NCBI GenBank assembly: GCA_031367385.1 | Contig: JANLPS010000481.1 | Coordinates: 1 to 17,524, forward strand | Direction: 5' to 3' | DNA: 17,524 bases | Source: Archangium sp. | Lineage (GTDB): Bacteria; Myxococcota; Myxococcia; Myxococcales; Myxococcaceae | Shown here: piece by piece, positions 15,201 to 17,524 of the stretch | How the letters are laid out: every line of letters starts with the position of its first letter | How positions within the stretch are numbered: the stretch's first letter is position 1 | Program-made: the position numbers and the translations under genes | Notes under the pieces: model-generated | Told to the model about the DNA's origin: nothing | Database searches by the model: none | The model's input: only the letters and a program-made list of their open reading frames with translations

Positions 15201-16883
15201 ATGGTCGCCCCGACAGGACCCCTGCTGCTTGGCAAGTACGAGCTGATTCGCAAGCTCGCGGCCGGCGGGATGGCCGAGGTCTTTCTGGCGCGCTCAGCCG
15301 GGCCGATGGGCTTCGAGAAGTTCGTGGTGGTCAAGCGCATCTTGCCGCACCTGGCCGAAGAGGCCTCGTTCGTTTCGATGTTTCTCACCGAGGCGCGCCT
15401 CGCCGCGCAGCTCAACCACCCGAACATCGTGCAGGTCTTCGACTTCGGAGAAGTCAACGGCACCTACTTTCTCGTGATGGAGCTGATCGACGGCGTGAAC
15501 CTGCGCCTGATCGGCCGTCGCGCGCACGAAGCGAACCAGGCGTTGCCGCTCCCGGTGGTCTGCCGAATCGTGAGCCTCGCCTGTGAGGGGCTCGCCTACG
15601 CCCACGAATTTCACGACCCGACCACCAACGAGCCGCTCGAGCTGGTGCACCGCGACGTCAGCCCCGACAACATTCTCATCGCGCGCAATGGCTCGGTGCG
15701 GGTCGTCGACTTCGGCATCGCTAAGGCCGTGAATCAAACCAGCCTGACTCGCACCGGCACGGTCAAGGGCAAGTTCGCCTACATGCCGCCCGAGCAGATC
15801 AACGGCCTCGGCGTCGACCGCCGCGCCGACGTCTACGCGCTGGGCATCGTGCTCTACGAGCTGGTCGCCGGGCGCAAGCCGTTCGACACCTCCAACGAAG
15901 CAGTCATCGTGCGGGCGATCTTGCACGAGCCGATCGTGCCCGCCTCGACCTTTCGCCCCGGAGTGCCCGCCGAAATCGAGCGCATCTTGGCCACCGCGCT
16001 CGCCAAGTCACGCGACGAGCGGTACGTCGATGCCCGCGCGTTTCAGCAAGATCTCGAGAAATTCATTCAGGCTTCGGGCTCGTTGGTTTCACCTCAAGAC
16101 ATCAGCCAGTTGGTCAAGACCTACGCGGGCAGCCCGATGCCGGTGCCGGCGCCGTCGGGGCCCACCACGCCGGCGCTGCCACCGATGGCGGTGCCTCCCG
16201 CGCCGGCGACCATCGAAGAGATCATGGAGTTCAGCGCGACCGGCGTCGTCGCGCCGAAACCGTTGCCGCCTCCACCCCCGCCACCCCCAGCCTCACGCCC
16301 GGCGCCGATCGACGTGGGGGCGGTGTCGCTGCGAGACGAGGTTTCGGCCGAACGCGCCTTTCCACTCGAAGAGCCGCGCAAGGGCACGCCGAGCTGGGTG
16401 TGGCTGGTCGCGCTGTTTCTGGTCGCTGCCATCGCCGGCGTATTCGTGGTGCGCGCGGCGAGGGCCAAAGCGCCTGTTGAAGACCCGGTGCCCGTCGCGA
16501 AGCCGACGCCGGTGCCTGCGCAGCCGCGGCCGGTCGCTGTCGTCATTGATGCAGGAGCCCCCGAGCCCGTCGCGGTCGTCGTCGAGGCTCCCCCCGAGAA
16601 GCCGCCCGACGTGCCAGTGCCGACGCCAGACCCGGTGCCGATCAAGCCGGCTCCACCGCACCCGGTGCGAGTGACCAAAGCGCAGGTCGAGTTTCGAATT
16701 CGGCCCTTCGGGTCGGTGTGGGTCGACGGCAACTTCATCGGCGAAACCCCGTTCGCGCCCATCGCGCTCAACACCGGGTCGCACAGCGTCAGGGTCGGCA
16801 ACAAAGAGATTGGCAAAGAGGTCACCCGGCGCTTCGACGTGAAGCCCGGCTCGAACATCTTTCGCTACTCGTTCGAAGAGTGA
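15201..16883 (+). CDS. Membrane Ser/Thr (Hanks-type) protein kinase with Pro-rich linkers and C-terminal PEGA-like domain
   Basis: LAAGGMAEV, VVKRIL, HPNIV, HRDVSPDN, DFG, YMPPEQ and DVYALG. TM helix WVWLVALFLVAAIAGVFVV. C-terminal RPFGSVWVDGNFIGETP...GSHSVRV. Confidence 0.96.
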   Translation: MVAPTGPLLLGKYELIRKLAAGGMAEVFLARSAGPMGFEKFVVVKRILPHLAEEASFVSMFLTEARLAAQLNHPNIVQVFDFGEVNGTYFLVMELIDGVNLRLIGRRAHEANQALPLPVVCRIVSLACEGLAYAHEFHDPTTNEPLELVHRDVSPDNILIARNGSVRVVDFGIAKAVNQTSLTRTGTVKGKFAYMPPEQINGLGVDRRADVYALGIVLYELVAGRKPFDTSNEAVIVRAILHEPIVPASTFRPGVPAEIERILATALAKSRDERYVDARAFQQDLEKFIQASGSLVSPQDISQLVKTYAGSPMPVPAPSGPTTPALPPMAVPPAPATIEEIMEFSATGVVAPKPLPPPPPPPPASRPAPIDVGAVSLRDEVSAERAFPLEEPRKGTPSWVWLVALFLVAAIAGVFVVRAARAKAPVEDPVPVAKPTPVPAQPRPVAVVIDAGAPEPVAVVVEAPPEKPPDVPVPTPDPVPIKPAPPHPVRVTKAQVEFRIRPFGSVWVDGNFIGETPFAPIALNTGSHSVRVGNKEIGKEVTRRFDVKPGSNIFRYSFEE

Positions 16884-17434
16884 GTCGGGGCCTGCCTCCA
16901 CAGCGGCTTCGAGCGCAGGGCTTGGGCGTAAATCGGGCAACGCTTCTCGTGCGCGCCCGGCAAGATGCCGACGCTCATCAAGAACTCGTTGACGATCTCG
17001 CCACCGGTGAAGCGAAAGGTGCGCTTGAAGAGCTTCACCCACGCATCTTTCGATTTGGGGTGTTGGGCTGCGAGCCACTGCCGAAACGAGCCGTGCTCCT
17101 TCTGCAGCTCGAGAATCGTCTTCGCGTTTTCGATCGCGGCGTTGATCTTCAGGCGGTTTCGAATCACGCCAGCGTCGTTCATCAAGCGGGCTCGATCAGC
17201 AAGCGTGTACGCGGCGACCTTCTTGATGTTGAACCCGCTGTACGCCTTGCGAAAGTTGGCCTGCTTCTTGAGCACGGTCTCCCAGCTCAAGCCGGCCTGG
17301 TTGATCTCGAGAATCAGGCGGCAGAAGAGCTCGTTGTCATCGTCGATTGAAAAGCCGTAGTGACGGTCGTGGTAGGCTTGGTGGAGGACTTTTCGCTCGC
17401 CCTCGAGGCTCAGCATCAGGCTGCAGTAAGACAT
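16865..17434 (-). CDS. tag: DNA-3-methyladenine glycosylase I
   Basis: YHD..YG, LFCRLILEINQAGLSWETVLKK and DAGVIRNRLKINAAIENA; Zn ligands are the N-terminal Cys, a His and the C-terminal HxxxC. Overlaps the kinase 3' end by 19 bp. Confidence 0.95.
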   Translation of the reverse strand: MSYCSLMLSLEGERKVLHQAYHDRHYGFSIDDDNELFCRLILEINQAGLSWETVLKKQANFRKAYSGFNIKKVAAYTLADRARLMNDAGVIRNRLKINAAIENAKTILELQKEHGSFRQWLAAQHPKSKDAWVKLFKRTFRFTGGEIVNEFLMSVGILPGAHEKRCPIYAQALRSKPLWRQAPTHSSNE

Positions 17435-17472
17435 GGCAAAGGGCCTAGCAAAACCCTGTGTGGAGGTGGTGC

Positions 17473-17524
17473 GTGAAGGTTCGACTGCTGCTGGTGCCGT
17501 CGCTGGTGGTCTCTGTGTTCGCGG
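17473..17524 (+). CDS. 5' fragment of a probable secreted protein (runs off the window)
   Basis: GGAGG (17462-17466) lies 6 nt before the GTG; the translation MKVRLLLVPSLVVSVFA is signal-peptide-like. Confidence 0.6.
   Translation, partial: MKVRLLLVPSLVVSVFA

Noticed and set aside
16865..16883. Functional link between tag and the kinase from their 19-bp 3' overlap
   Set aside because: Short convergent overlaps are common in compact GC-rich genomes; the same occurs at 5655-5658.
9730..17360. Numerous long alternative-frame and antisense ORFs over the large genes
   Set aside because: These are expected from stop-codon scarcity at high GC; none has recognisable motifs and all overlap well-supported CDSs.

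Overview
GC-rich bacterial DNA whose gene content (Cys-rich secreted lipoproteins with DAG linkers, a TPR/coiled-coil protein, a membrane Ser/Thr kinase with a PEGA-like tail) is typical of Myxococcota; the taxonomy is an inference. About 16 complete CDSs are supportable. Recognisable enzymes and regulators are an aldo/keto reductase, a CopG/RHH regulator with a PHB-depolymerase-family esterase and a clear operator, a PssA-type CDP-alcohol phosphatidyltransferase, a Ser/Thr kinase and DNA-3-methyladenine glycosylase I. Five genes encode secreted or lipoprotein surface proteins. No rRNA, tRNA, CRISPR array or transposase was seen. The main leads are: (1) a 41-aa peptide gene missing from the ORF track (4361-4486, minus strand) with an SD, a double-glycine-like leader and an 11-aa core, divergent from an uncharacterised HExxH metalloprotein, which is a candidate minimal RiPP or signalling-peptide system; (2) a TPR protein + Cys-rich lipoprotein + kinase module that may signal across the envelope; (3) a 99-bp REP-like palindrome lying in frame at the start of the lipoprotein gene; (4) -10-like hexamers 6-9 nt before many start codons, suggesting widespread leaderless mRNAs.
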